Assembly (NCBI GenBank): GCA_013177795.1
Contig: JABLXY010000003.1
Span: 701,578-765,577 of the forward strand
Reading direction: 5' to 3'
Length of the DNA stretch: 64,000 nucleotides
Origin: Syntrophaceae bacterium
GTDB taxonomy: Bacteria; Desulfobacterota; Syntrophia; Syntrophales; UBA2192
Shown in pieces: positions 8,441 through 16,022 of this stretch; position 1 is the stretch's first letter; every line of letters begins with the position of its first letter. The position numbers and the translations under genes are program-made. The notes under the pieces are model-generated. The model was not told the DNA's origin. It ran no database searches and saw nothing but the letters and a program-made list of their open reading frames with translations.

Positions 8441-9976
8441 TCAGCCCGCGAGGGCGGGAAGGCTGCTCGAACAGGGCGACTGCAGGCAGCCGATGAACGC
8501 CTCGACCACCCTCGGGTCGAACTGCGTGCCGACGTATCGGCGCAGCTCCGCCACCGCCTCGTCGCGGCTCATGCTCGCGCGGTAGGGGCGGTTGGTCGTC
8601 ATGGCGTCGTAGGCGTCGGCCACGGCGATCATGCGCGACAGCAGCGGGATCTGCTCGCCCGCCAGGCCGTCGGGGTAGCCCGACCCGTCCCAGTTCTCGT
8701 GGTGGTGCCGGATGATCTTGCGCTCCTTCTCGAACAGGGCGATCGGGGTGAGGATGTCGTCGCCGATCGCGCAGTGGTTCTTGATGATGTCGTACTCCTC
8801 CCCCGTCAGCTCGTCGGGCTTGAGGAGGATGTGGTCCGGGATCGCGATCTTGCCGATGTCGTGGAGCATGGCGGCGATCTTGAGACACTCGATGTCGTCG
8901 GCCGTGCACGCCATGATCTCCGCCGTCCGGACCGAGAATTCCGTCACGCTCACGGAGTGGCGCTCGGTGTACTGGTCCCGCGCCTGGATGGAGGTCACCA
9001 GCGCCCGGAAGGTCTCGGCGATGTTCGTGTAGAGGGTCTCGTAGAGGACCTTGTTCTCGAGGTTCAGCGATGCCCGGCGCGCAAGGCTCAGGATGACGTG
9101 CAGGTCCTGGTCCGTGAAGCAGGCCCCGTTGCGGCCCTTCCAGAGGCCGAGGATCCCGAAGACGTTGCCGCGGATCGTCAGCGGGGCGCAGAGGATGGAC
9201 GCCGCGCCGTCGGCGCCGGAGACGTTGCACAGCACGCCGTCCCTCTTCTCGACGACCTCCCGCAGCAGATCCTTCGGCCACGGCACGGCGTGGCGCGGGG
9301 GGACGCTGTCGACGCTGCCGGTGAACTTGGGCAGGAACTCGCCGGTGTCCCGGTCGTAGAGCAGGATCAGGCAGTGCTCGCCGCCCGAGACCTTGAGGGC
9401 CAAATCGGCGATGACGCGGAAGACGTTGTCGTTGCTCACCCCGAGCCGCTCGATGAAGTCGTAGATGAACCCCTTGGCCGAGATCTGGCGGACCTTGTCG
9501 CGCAGCCGCTCCTGCTCGGCCTTGTGCAGGATCCCGTCGGCCGACAGCAGGGACTTTTCCCGCAGGTAGATGTTGACCTTGTAGAGCAGCTCGTCGATCC
9601 GGAAGGGCTTCGCGATGAAATCGACGGCCCCCGTCTTCATGGCCGACACGGAGAGGCCGATGGAGGGGTAGCCGGTGATGAGGATGACGGATATCGAGGG
9701 GTTGATCTCCCGGATCCGGCCCAGGAGGTCCATCCCGTTCATGCCGGGCATGTGGATGTCGCTGATGACCAGGTCGTAGAGGTTGGAGCGAAGGGCCTCC
9801 AGGGCCTCCTTTCCGTCGGCGGCCTCGGTGGCGATGTATTCACCCCCTTGCCGCAGGGCCTCGACGATGAGGCTGCGCACGGAAGGGTCGTCGTCGACGA
9901 CGAGGATCGTCCGCTTGACGGACGAGGGCACGGGCATGATCCTGAACTCGTTTCCGGCGGCCTGCATCCCGTTCAT
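8441..9976 (-). CDS. Response regulator with REC, GAF-like and HD-GYP (c-di-GMP phosphodiesterase-type) domains
   Basis: ILVVDDDPSVR...DLVISDIHMPGMNG receiver; C-terminal LHDIGKIAIP...HHENWDGSGYPDGL HD-GYP signature. Confidence 0.85.
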   Translation of the reverse strand: MNGMQAAGNEFRIMPVPSSVKRTILVVDDDPSVRSLIVEALRQGGEYIATEAADGKEALEALRSNLYDLVISDIHMPGMNGMDLLGRIREINPSISVILITGYPSIGLSVSAMKTGAVDFIAKPFRIDELLYKVNIYLREKSLLSADGILHKAEQERLRDKVRQISAKGFIYDFIERLGVSNDNVFRVIADLALKVSGGEHCLILLYDRDTGEFLPKFTGSVDSVPPRHAVPWPKDLLREVVEKRDGVLCNVSGADGAASILCAPLTIRGNVFGILGLWKGRNGACFTDQDLHVILSLARRASLNLENKVLYETLYTNIAETFRALVTSIQARDQYTERHSVSVTEFSVRTAEIMACTADDIECLKIAAMLHDIGKIAIPDHILLKPDELTGEEYDIIKNHCAIGDDILTPIALFEKERKIIRHHHENWDGSGYPDGLAGEQIPLLSRMIAVADAYDAMTTNRPYRASMSRDEAVAELRRYVGTQFDPRVVEAFIGCLQSPCSSSLPALAG

Positions 9977-10160
9977 CCTGGCGATCCCGTCCCTCGCGTC
10001 GATCCCGTCGCGTCAGCCGGGGGCAGTCGTGGGGCGGCGGCCTTCTCCAGTGGCGACGGCCGGTCACATGCGGTCTCCAACCAGGCGTACCGGGGTCATG
10101 TGATGAAGGGCGTTCAGCCCGCTCCGGGTCGGTCCCCCGCTCAGCGAATCGCGTCGGGTT

Positions 10161-10379
10161 CTATTTGGATTTATTGCCTTTCAGGAGGATGTCCATCAGG
10201 CTGTAGGAGATCCTGTCGTAGACCTCCGTTTTATGCTGCTCGGTGCCGAGCGATACCACGTCAGCGTACCGCGGGGTTGTCTTCGGACCCTCCCCGGACG
10301 CTGCGGGCTTCTCTGCGGCCTTGCTCTGCCGGCTGTAGGCCTTGAGGATGTTGTCGATCTGGTACGTCGATATGGTCAT
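10161..10379 (-). CDS. Small hypothetical protein (72 aa)
   Basis: The internal ATG at 10379 gives MTISTYQIDNILKAYSRQSK...DILLKGNKSK. The longer 160-aa ORF-track version runs through the divergent promoter region. The gene is co-directional with, and 184 nt upstream of, the HD-GYP gene. No family recognised. Confidence 0.4.
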   Translation of the reverse strand: MTISTYQIDNILKAYSRQSKAAEKPAASGEGPKTTPRYADVVSLGTEQHKTEVYDRISYSLMDILLKGNKSK

Positions 10380-10494
10380 CGCCGGGCTCACGGTTTTGTC
10401 ACAATGGAGATCGGTCCGGCGGGTCAAAACTTTAGGGCTTTGTGCCGCCCCGCGGTGCACGATCCCCCCGTCCCGGCACTCTCGATAATTCTGG

Positions 10495-10522
10495 TTGACT
10501 AATGTCAAAATTTTGTTAACAT
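10495..10522 (+). promoter_or_regulatory. Candidate sigma-70-type promoter TTGACT-N16-TAACAT embedded in the palindrome TTGAC-TAAT-GTCAA
   Basis: Read directly in the divergent spacer between the small minus-strand gene and the bEBP gene. The palindrome also presents TTGACA on the minus strand. Confidence 0.35.
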
Positions 10523-10684
10523 CCCGGGTTGCTTTAAGATCACGCGATACATACGATCCCTCCGCCAGGGGCTTCCCTGCCAGGGCCGGGGCACCGCCCG
10601 ACCCGCCGGAGGGGCTTTTGAAGGCGTCCGGATCGCCCGTCACCCGACAACACCCACCCCCGAGGAGCGGTAGTAGAGCCGGCC

Positions 10685-12091
10685 ATGGCAGACAGCAAGA
10701 TCAAGAAGGAAATGAAGAACATCCGGATCCTCATCGCCGAGGACAACGAGTTGAGCCGGGACAACCTCTCGGAATTGTTGAAAAGTTACGGATACGAGGT
10801 CAAGGGCGTCGGCGACGGCCGCCAGGCCATGGACGTCTTCATCGAGGACAAGTACGACCTCGTGATCACGGACCTCAAGATGCCCCACGTCGACGGCCTC
10901 CACTTGCTGAAGTTCGTCAAGGAGGTCAACCCCGAGAGCATCGTCATCATGATCACGGGCTACGGCACGGTCAACTCGGCCGTCGAGGCCATGAAGCTGG
11001 GCGCCTTCGACTACATCACCAAGCCCCTGAAGGACGACATCGTCAAGCTCACCATCGACCGTGCCCTGTCCTTCGCCAAGCTCAAGGAAGAGAACATCGC
11101 GCTGAAGGACCACCTGAAGAAGAAGTACGACTTCGGCAAGATCATCGGCTTCAGCGACAGCATGCGGAAGGTCTTCGACAACATCGAGAAGGTGGCCGCC
11201 TCGGACAGCACCGTCGTCATCTACGGGGAGAGCGGGACGGGAAAGGAACTCGTCGCCCGGGCCATTCACTTCAACAGCGACCGCCGGAGCTTTCCCCTCG
11301 TGCCGGTCAACTGCGGCGCCATTCCCGAGGAGCTCCTCGAGAGCGAGCTGTTCGGGCACGAGAAGGGGGCCTTCACGGGCGCCATCAAGAGCCGGGTGGG
11401 CCGCTTCGAGCTGGCCCAGGGCGGGACGATCTTCCTCGACGAGATCGGGGACATGAGCCCCGCACTGCAGGTCAAGGTCCTGCGCGTCATCCAGGAGAAG
11501 CAGTTCGAGCGCATCGGCGGGGTCAAGACGATCAACGCCGACGTGCGGATCATCTGCGCCACGAACCAGGACCTCGAGAAGGCCGTCCAGGAGAAGCGGT
11601 TCCGCGAGGACCTGTTCTACCGCATCAACGTCATCCCCATCTACCTGCCGCCCCTGCGGGACCGGAAGATGGACATCCCCGTCCTGGTCAACCACTTCCT
11701 CCAGAAGTTCAACAAGCTCAAGAAGAAGAACGTCAAGGGGCTCACCCCCGAGGCGACCAATTACATGATGCGCTACTCCTGGCCGGGAAACGTCCGCGAG
11801 CTGGAAAACCTCATCGAGATGCTCGTCGTCATGCGGGAGGACGGCATGATCAGGGTCGAGGACCTGCCGCCCAAGATCCTCAGCGTCGGGAAGGGCAAGA
11901 GCGAGGTGCTGAGCGTCGTCGACATCCCCGAGGACGGCATCGAGTACAACGGGGTGGTCGACCAGTTCGAAAAGGACCTCCTCCTCAAGGCCCTGGAGAA
12001 GACGGGCGGGGTGAAGAACCGCGCCGCCAAGCTGCTCAACCTGAACCGGACCACGTTCGTCGAAAAGCTCAAGCGCTTCAACATCAGCTAG
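10685..12091 (+). CDS. Sigma-54-dependent response regulator (REC + AAA+ bEBP + Fis-type HTH), candidate flagellar master regulator (FlrA/FleQ/FgrM-like role)
   Basis: DLVITDLKMPHVDG receiver Asp; GESGTGKE Walker A; GAFTGA sigma-54 contact loop; C-terminal NRAAKLLNLNRTTFVEKLKRF HTH. It lies at the head of the flagellar regulon. Confidence 0.88.
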   Translation: MADSKIKKEMKNIRILIAEDNELSRDNLSELLKSYGYEVKGVGDGRQAMDVFIEDKYDLVITDLKMPHVDGLHLLKFVKEVNPESIVIMITGYGTVNSAVEAMKLGAFDYITKPLKDDIVKLTIDRALSFAKLKEENIALKDHLKKKYDFGKIIGFSDSMRKVFDNIEKVAASDSTVVIYGESGTGKELVARAIHFNSDRRSFPLVPVNCGAIPEELLESELFGHEKGAFTGAIKSRVGRFELAQGGTIFLDEIGDMSPALQVKVLRVIQEKQFERIGGVKTINADVRIICATNQDLEKAVQEKRFREDLFYRINVIPIYLPPLRDRKMDIPVLVNHFLQKFNKLKKKNVKGLTPEATNYMMRYSWPGNVRELENLIEMLVVMREDGMIRVEDLPPKILSVGKGKSEVLSVVDIPEDGIEYNGVVDQFEKDLLLKALEKTGGVKNRAAKLLNLNRTTFVEKLKRFNIS

Positions 12092-12195
12092 CGGGCTTGT
12101 GAAAAACGCCCATCTGCGGCGTTCCTTCATCCCTCGTCGCTGCGACGCCCGTCCCGTCTTCTCAGTCTATTCCGTCTGTTCCGTCGAAAAGGGCG

Positions 12196-12223
12196 CCGGG
12201 GAGAATGCTCTCCCCGGTTTTTT
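12196..12223 (+). terminator. Rho-independent terminator
   Basis: CCGGGGAG-aatgct-CTCCCCGG is a perfect 8-bp stem followed by TTTTTT, about 100 nt after the bEBP stop. Confidence 0.85.
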
Positions 12224-12264
12224 CATGCTTTGCGCCTGCAGGCCCGAGGGTTTCGGCTTCGATC

Positions 12265-12278
12265 GTCAATATTTTGAC
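12265..12278. promoter_or_regulatory. Candidate enhancer (UAS) palindrome GTCAATATTTTGAC
   Basis: Perfect GTCAA-N4-TTGAC dyad 160 nt upstream of the sigma-54 promoter at 12425. It resembles the Pseudomonas FleQ box GTCaNTAAAtTGAC as I recall it (12/14). Confidence 0.45.
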
Positions 12279-12424
12279 AAGCCCCTCAAGTTTCCGTGGA
12301 TCGGGTCGACGGGCGCACGGGGCGCCATGCCCTGCTTCCGCTGCCGGCGGCCCCTGCACGCCGCCGCCCGGTGCCTGAACCCCTCCTGCCCCCGCCCCCA
12401 TCCCCCCCAGCCCCGTCTTTTCCA

Positions 12425-12440
12425 TGGCATAACCATTGCT
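12425..12440 (+). promoter_or_regulatory. Sigma-54 (-24/-12) promoter TGGCAT-aacca-TTGCT
   Basis: GG and GC are at canonical spacing, 62 nt upstream of ATG 12502. It overlaps the ORF-track start at 12436, which argues for the shorter CDS. Confidence 0.65.
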
Positions 12441-12501
12441 TTCTTCCGGTCAGGCGGTGGTGTGCCCGGCGCGGCCCGCACCGCGGAAAACGGGAGCGAC
12501 C

Positions 12502-14715
12502 ATGAAAAAACGCCTTTTTGCCTGCCTGGCTCTCCTCCTCTTACTGGCCCTCGACCCGCCTGCGGCCTCTGCCCGGAGAGGCGCGGAGGTCTTCAGCCTT
12601 CACGTGGGCTCTTACGCGAGCGCCGAAAAGGCCGCCGAGCAGGTCAGGCTCCTGCAGGGCAAGGGGTGCGAGGCCTTCGCCGATAAGCCCGACGGCAGGG
12701 ACGGGAAGGTGCGCGTCTACGTGGGCCGCTTTGCCGATCCGCAGGAGGCGGCCCGCGAGGGGTCAAGGCTCGAGCAGAAGAAGATCATCCGCTTCTTTGC
12801 CGTCCGGCCCGTCCGCGCAGCCGAGGCGCCGAAGAAAGCCCTTGCCGCGCGGGAGCCCGCCGCCCCGGCGGGTCCGAAAGCTCCCGACACCCCGGCCCTG
12901 AAGGACACGAAAATCCACCCCCAGGTGAAGATCGAAACGGCGGCCCCGGGAGCATCCCGGCCGGGAAAGAAACCCCCTCTCTTCGCCCCGAGGCTGGAGT
13001 CGGCTGCGGGCGACTCGGTGACGGCGGGACTGCCGGAACCGGAGTACTTCAAGTTCGAGCCCTTCGAGGCGGGCGCACGTCCCCGCGCGGAGAGCGGCCG
13101 GGCGGGTGCCGGCCTTGCGGAAGACGAGGCCCTCTACGCCGAAGCGGTGGAACTGTACCGAAAGGGCAAGTACAGCACGGCCATCGACACGTTCCGGTCC
13201 TATATCCGTCAGTTCGCGGGCGGGCCCCGGTCGAAGGCCTGTTTTTACTGGATTGCCGAGTGCCACAGCCAGATGAAGGACCCGGCGAAGGCCGACGAGG
13301 CCTTCGCAGAGGCCGTCAGGCGCTGGCCCGACTACCGGGACATCCCCCGGGAGACCCTCGTGAGCCTGGGGTTCCATCATTTCCGGCGGGGCGCCTTCGA
13401 CAGCGCCATCGAGGTCTTCTCGTACACGATCAATCTCTACCCCCAGGACCCCTTCCGCAAGGAGATGAGCTACCTGATCGCCCGCTCGCTCACCGAGATG
13501 CAGCAGTACGAATCGGCCCTCCGGGCCTACAGCGCGGTGATCGAGAAGTACCCCGACACCAAGGAAGCCAAGGAGAGCGCCGTCATCATGGCCAACATCG
13601 GGGTCAGGAGCCCCGGGCTGAAGCTCCCGGCCCTCATGGCGGGCGCGGAAAACTATCTGGACCCCGTTGCGGCCTACGACAGGGTGCTCGCGAAGGACCT
13701 CCCGAACCCGGAGCTGGCGGAGCGGATCCTCTTTCAGAAGGCCTATGCCCTGTACCAGCGGAAGCAGTACCGCGAGGCGTTCCAGGCCGGCTTTGAACAG
13801 CTCAGGCGCTTCCCGAACGGCCCGTGCCGGGACGCGGGGCTGCAGACCCTCAAGGGGAGCACGGAAAGGATGGTCGACGAGGACTACGGCAGGGGGGATT
13901 ACCTCCGCGTGGCCGATACCTTCCTGTCGGCCTACGAGGGCGCATGGGTGAAGTCCGTCGACTTCGCGACGGGCTACCGGATCGCCGACAGCCTGCGGCG
14001 GGTCGGCCTGTACCGCGAGGCGCGCCGCGTGGCCGACCACCTGCTGATGACCGAGCGGGACGGCGGGAACCGAAACGCCCTGCTGCTGCTCGCGGCCGAC
14101 GTGAGCCTCCGCGGGGGGCACGCCGACGAGGCGGAACGCATTTTGACGGAGCTCTCCCGGCAGGCGGCGGTGCTCGGCCGGGAGGACAGGCAGGCGATGC
14201 AGCGGCTCCAGGGGGACATCTACCTGAAGAAGGGGCTCTACCCGAAAGCGGCGGCCTCCTATGCCGACGTCCCGGCCGCGGACATGCCCGACGCGGCCGC
14301 CCTGCACCGCAGCTACGGCGTCGCCCTGCGGTTCAGCGATGACTGCCCGTCGGCGCTGCAGCAGTTCCAGATGGCCATCCGCCGAGCCGAGAAGGACAGG
14401 GCCGCGCACGGCAGGGCTCTCCAGGACGCGCTGGCCGGCTCCGGGGACTGCCACCTGCAGAGCCGCAATTACGCCGAAGCCGTCTCAGCCTACAGGCAGG
14501 CCGTCGAGGCCGCCCAGGGGGGGGCGCAGAACCCCTGGACCCTCTACCACCTCGGCAGGAGCTATGTGGGGATGAACAACCTGGCCGAGGCCAACCGGGT
14601 GTTCTCGGAGCTGAAGGTCCGGACCGGCGACGACTTCTGGAACAAGACGATCGACTACACCCTCTCCGAGGCCGCATGGACGGAGAAGTACCGAAAGTAC
14701 CTGCAGGCGAAGTAG
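12502..14715 (+). CDS. Exported SPOR-domain (peptidoglycan-binding) protein with a long TPR-repeat region
   Basis: MKKRLFACLALLLLLAL signal. FSLHVGSYASAEKAAEQVRLLQGKG...VRVYVGRFADPQEA fits the SPOR consensus. An Ala/Pro-rich linker follows, then multiple TPR-like helical repeats. GGGAG RBS before ATG 12502. Confidence 0.75.
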   Translation: MKKRLFACLALLLLLALDPPAASARRGAEVFSLHVGSYASAEKAAEQVRLLQGKGCEAFADKPDGRDGKVRVYVGRFADPQEAAREGSRLEQKKIIRFFAVRPVRAAEAPKKALAAREPAAPAGPKAPDTPALKDTKIHPQVKIETAAPGASRPGKKPPLFAPRLESAAGDSVTAGLPEPEYFKFEPFEAGARPRAESGRAGAGLAEDEALYAEAVELYRKGKYSTAIDTFRSYIRQFAGGPRSKACFYWIAECHSQMKDPAKADEAFAEAVRRWPDYRDIPRETLVSLGFHHFRRGAFDSAIEVFSYTINLYPQDPFRKEMSYLIARSLTEMQQYESALRAYSAVIEKYPDTKEAKESAVIMANIGVRSPGLKLPALMAGAENYLDPVAAYDRVLAKDLPNPELAERILFQKAYALYQRKQYREAFQAGFEQLRRFPNGPCRDAGLQTLKGSTERMVDEDYGRGDYLRVADTFLSAYEGAWVKSVDFATGYRIADSLRRVGLYREARRVADHLLMTERDGGNRNALLLLAADVSLRGGHADEAERILTELSRQAAVLGREDRQAMQRLQGDIYLKKGLYPKAAASYADVPAADMPDAAALHRSYGVALRFSDDCPSALQQFQMAIRRAEKDRAAHGRALQDALAGSGDCHLQSRNYAEAVSAYRQAVEAAQGGAQNPWTLYHLGRSYVGMNNLAEANRVFSELKVRTGDDFWNKTIDYTLSEAAWTEKYRKYLQAK

Positions 14716-14720
14716 GGCCC

Positions 14721-16022
14721 ATGCTGAACCGCAATGCGCACAGGCCGGACGGGACGGCGGAAGGCCCCGGCGGCGGGATCGACGTCCTGCAGAGGTCCTT
14801 CGAGAGCTTCAACGTGGCCACCCTGAAACTCCAGGAGGCCTTCCGGAGCCTCGAGACGAAGTTCGAAAGCCTCAACCGGGAGCTGGAGCAGAAGAACCGG
14901 CGCCTCGAAAGCCTGCTTGCCGAGAAGGAGGAGGTCCGCAGCGAGCTCGAGACCATCCTCGAGAGCCTGACCACGGGGGTCATCGTGACGGACCTGCAGG
15001 GCCGCATCACGAGGATGAACGGCTGTGCCGTCCGCCTTACCGGGACGGAACCCGGGGCCGCGGGGCCGCGGGTCGCCGAACTCCTTCTCGGGTCGCCGGA
15101 GACGGGCGGGACCGGGGCGCCCCCGGCCCGGGGCATTCCGGGCAAGCGCAAAATCCGCCTCGGGGAGAACATCCTCGAGGTTCTCACGGCCCCCGTTTCC
15201 GCCGGGGACGGCAGCAGGCTGGGGACGGTGCACATCCTGCTCGACGTGACCCGGGTCGAGAGGCTCGAGGAGATGGCCAAGCGCACGGAGAAGTTCGCCG
15301 CCATGGGGGAGATGGCGGCCAACATCGCCCACGAGGTCCGCAACCCCCTCGGGAGCATTGCCCTGTCGGCCTCGCTGCTCCTGAAGGGCCTTGCCGACGA
15401 GAAGAGCCGGGACCGGGCTTCCCGCATCCTCCATTCCGTGCGCAGCGTGGACAACAAGATCGCCAACCTGCTGCTCTTCACCCGCAAGCCGGAGCCGCAG
15501 TTTCGCAACCTGCGCCTGCACGACGTCCTGCGGGACATCCTCCGTTTCTCCGGCGAGATCCTCGAGAAGGAGGGCATCCGGCTCAACGTGCGCCTGGCCG
15601 ACGGCGAGCCCGTCGTCCGCGCCGACGGGGAACTGTTGCAGCAGGTGCTCCTCAACATGATTCTCAACGCCGTCCAGGCCATGCGCGGGGGCGGCGAGCT
15701 TTCCTTCGAGACCCGGCTGCACCGCGACCCGGCGCTCACGCCGGGCATGGAGCGGACGATCGAGCTGCGCATCGCCGACACGGGTCCGGGGATCCCCGAG
15801 GCGGACCGGAAGCGGATTTTCGACCCCTTCTTCAGCACGCGCGAGGGGGGCAGCGGCCTCGGGCTTGCCATCGTGCACAACATCATCGACCTGCACCGCG
15901 GCTCCGTGGATGTGGAGCGCGGGGAGCGGGGCGGGAGCGTGTTCACCATCCTCCTGCCGCTCGCGGAAACGAATGCAGAAGGCGGGGCGGCAATAGGGCA
16001 AGAAGATAGGAATCGGAGATGA
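14721..16022 (+). CDS. Cytoplasmic PAS sensor histidine kinase (FlrB/FleS-like)
   Basis: No TM segment. Coiled coil, a PAS-like region (TTGVIVTDLQGRITRMN), the H-box MAANIAHEVRNPLGSI, and HATPase motifs (NAVQAM, DTGPGIP, GGSGLGLAIV). Confidence 0.88.
   Translation: MLNRNAHRPDGTAEGPGGGIDVLQRSFESFNVATLKLQEAFRSLETKFESLNRELEQKNRRLESLLAEKEEVRSELETILESLTTGVIVTDLQGRITRMNGCAVRLTGTEPGAAGPRVAELLLGSPETGGTGAPPARGIPGKRKIRLGENILEVLTAPVSAGDGSRLGTVHILLDVTRVERLEEMAKRTEKFAAMGEMAANIAHEVRNPLGSIALSASLLLKGLADEKSRDRASRILHSVRSVDNKIANLLLFTRKPEPQFRNLRLHDVLRDILRFSGEILEKEGIRLNVRLADGEPVVRADGELLQQVLLNMILNAVQAMRGGGELSFETRLHRDPALTPGMERTIELRIADTGPGIPEADRKRIFDPFFSTREGGSGLGLAIVHNIIDLHRGSVDVERGERGGSVFTILLPLAETNAEGGAAIGQEDRNRR

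Noticed and set aside
10381-10494. Possible c-di-GMP (GEMM-I-like) riboswitch in the minus-strand leader upstream of the small ORF and HD-GYP gene (GGCGGCACAAAGCCC resembles GGGACGCAAAGCC).
   Set aside because: Only one short segment resembles the consensus. I could not find the GGCAAACC half or the paired helices. A covariance-model search (Rfam RF01051) is needed before any claim.
12436-12501. ORF-track N-terminal extensions of the SPOR/TPR gene (12436), fliK (26446), flgF (46110), flgB (17427), fliG (20471) and fliJ (23653).
   Set aside because: The extensions run through sigma-54 promoters or repeat arms. Downstream in-frame starts have RBSs and give canonical family N-termini or signal peptides.
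12099-12686. 195-aa ORF and other short ORFs in the 410-nt spacer after the first bEBP gene.
   Set aside because: The region contains a canonical rho-independent terminator, a dyad and a sigma-54 promoter. The ORFs have no RBS and an implausible composition.
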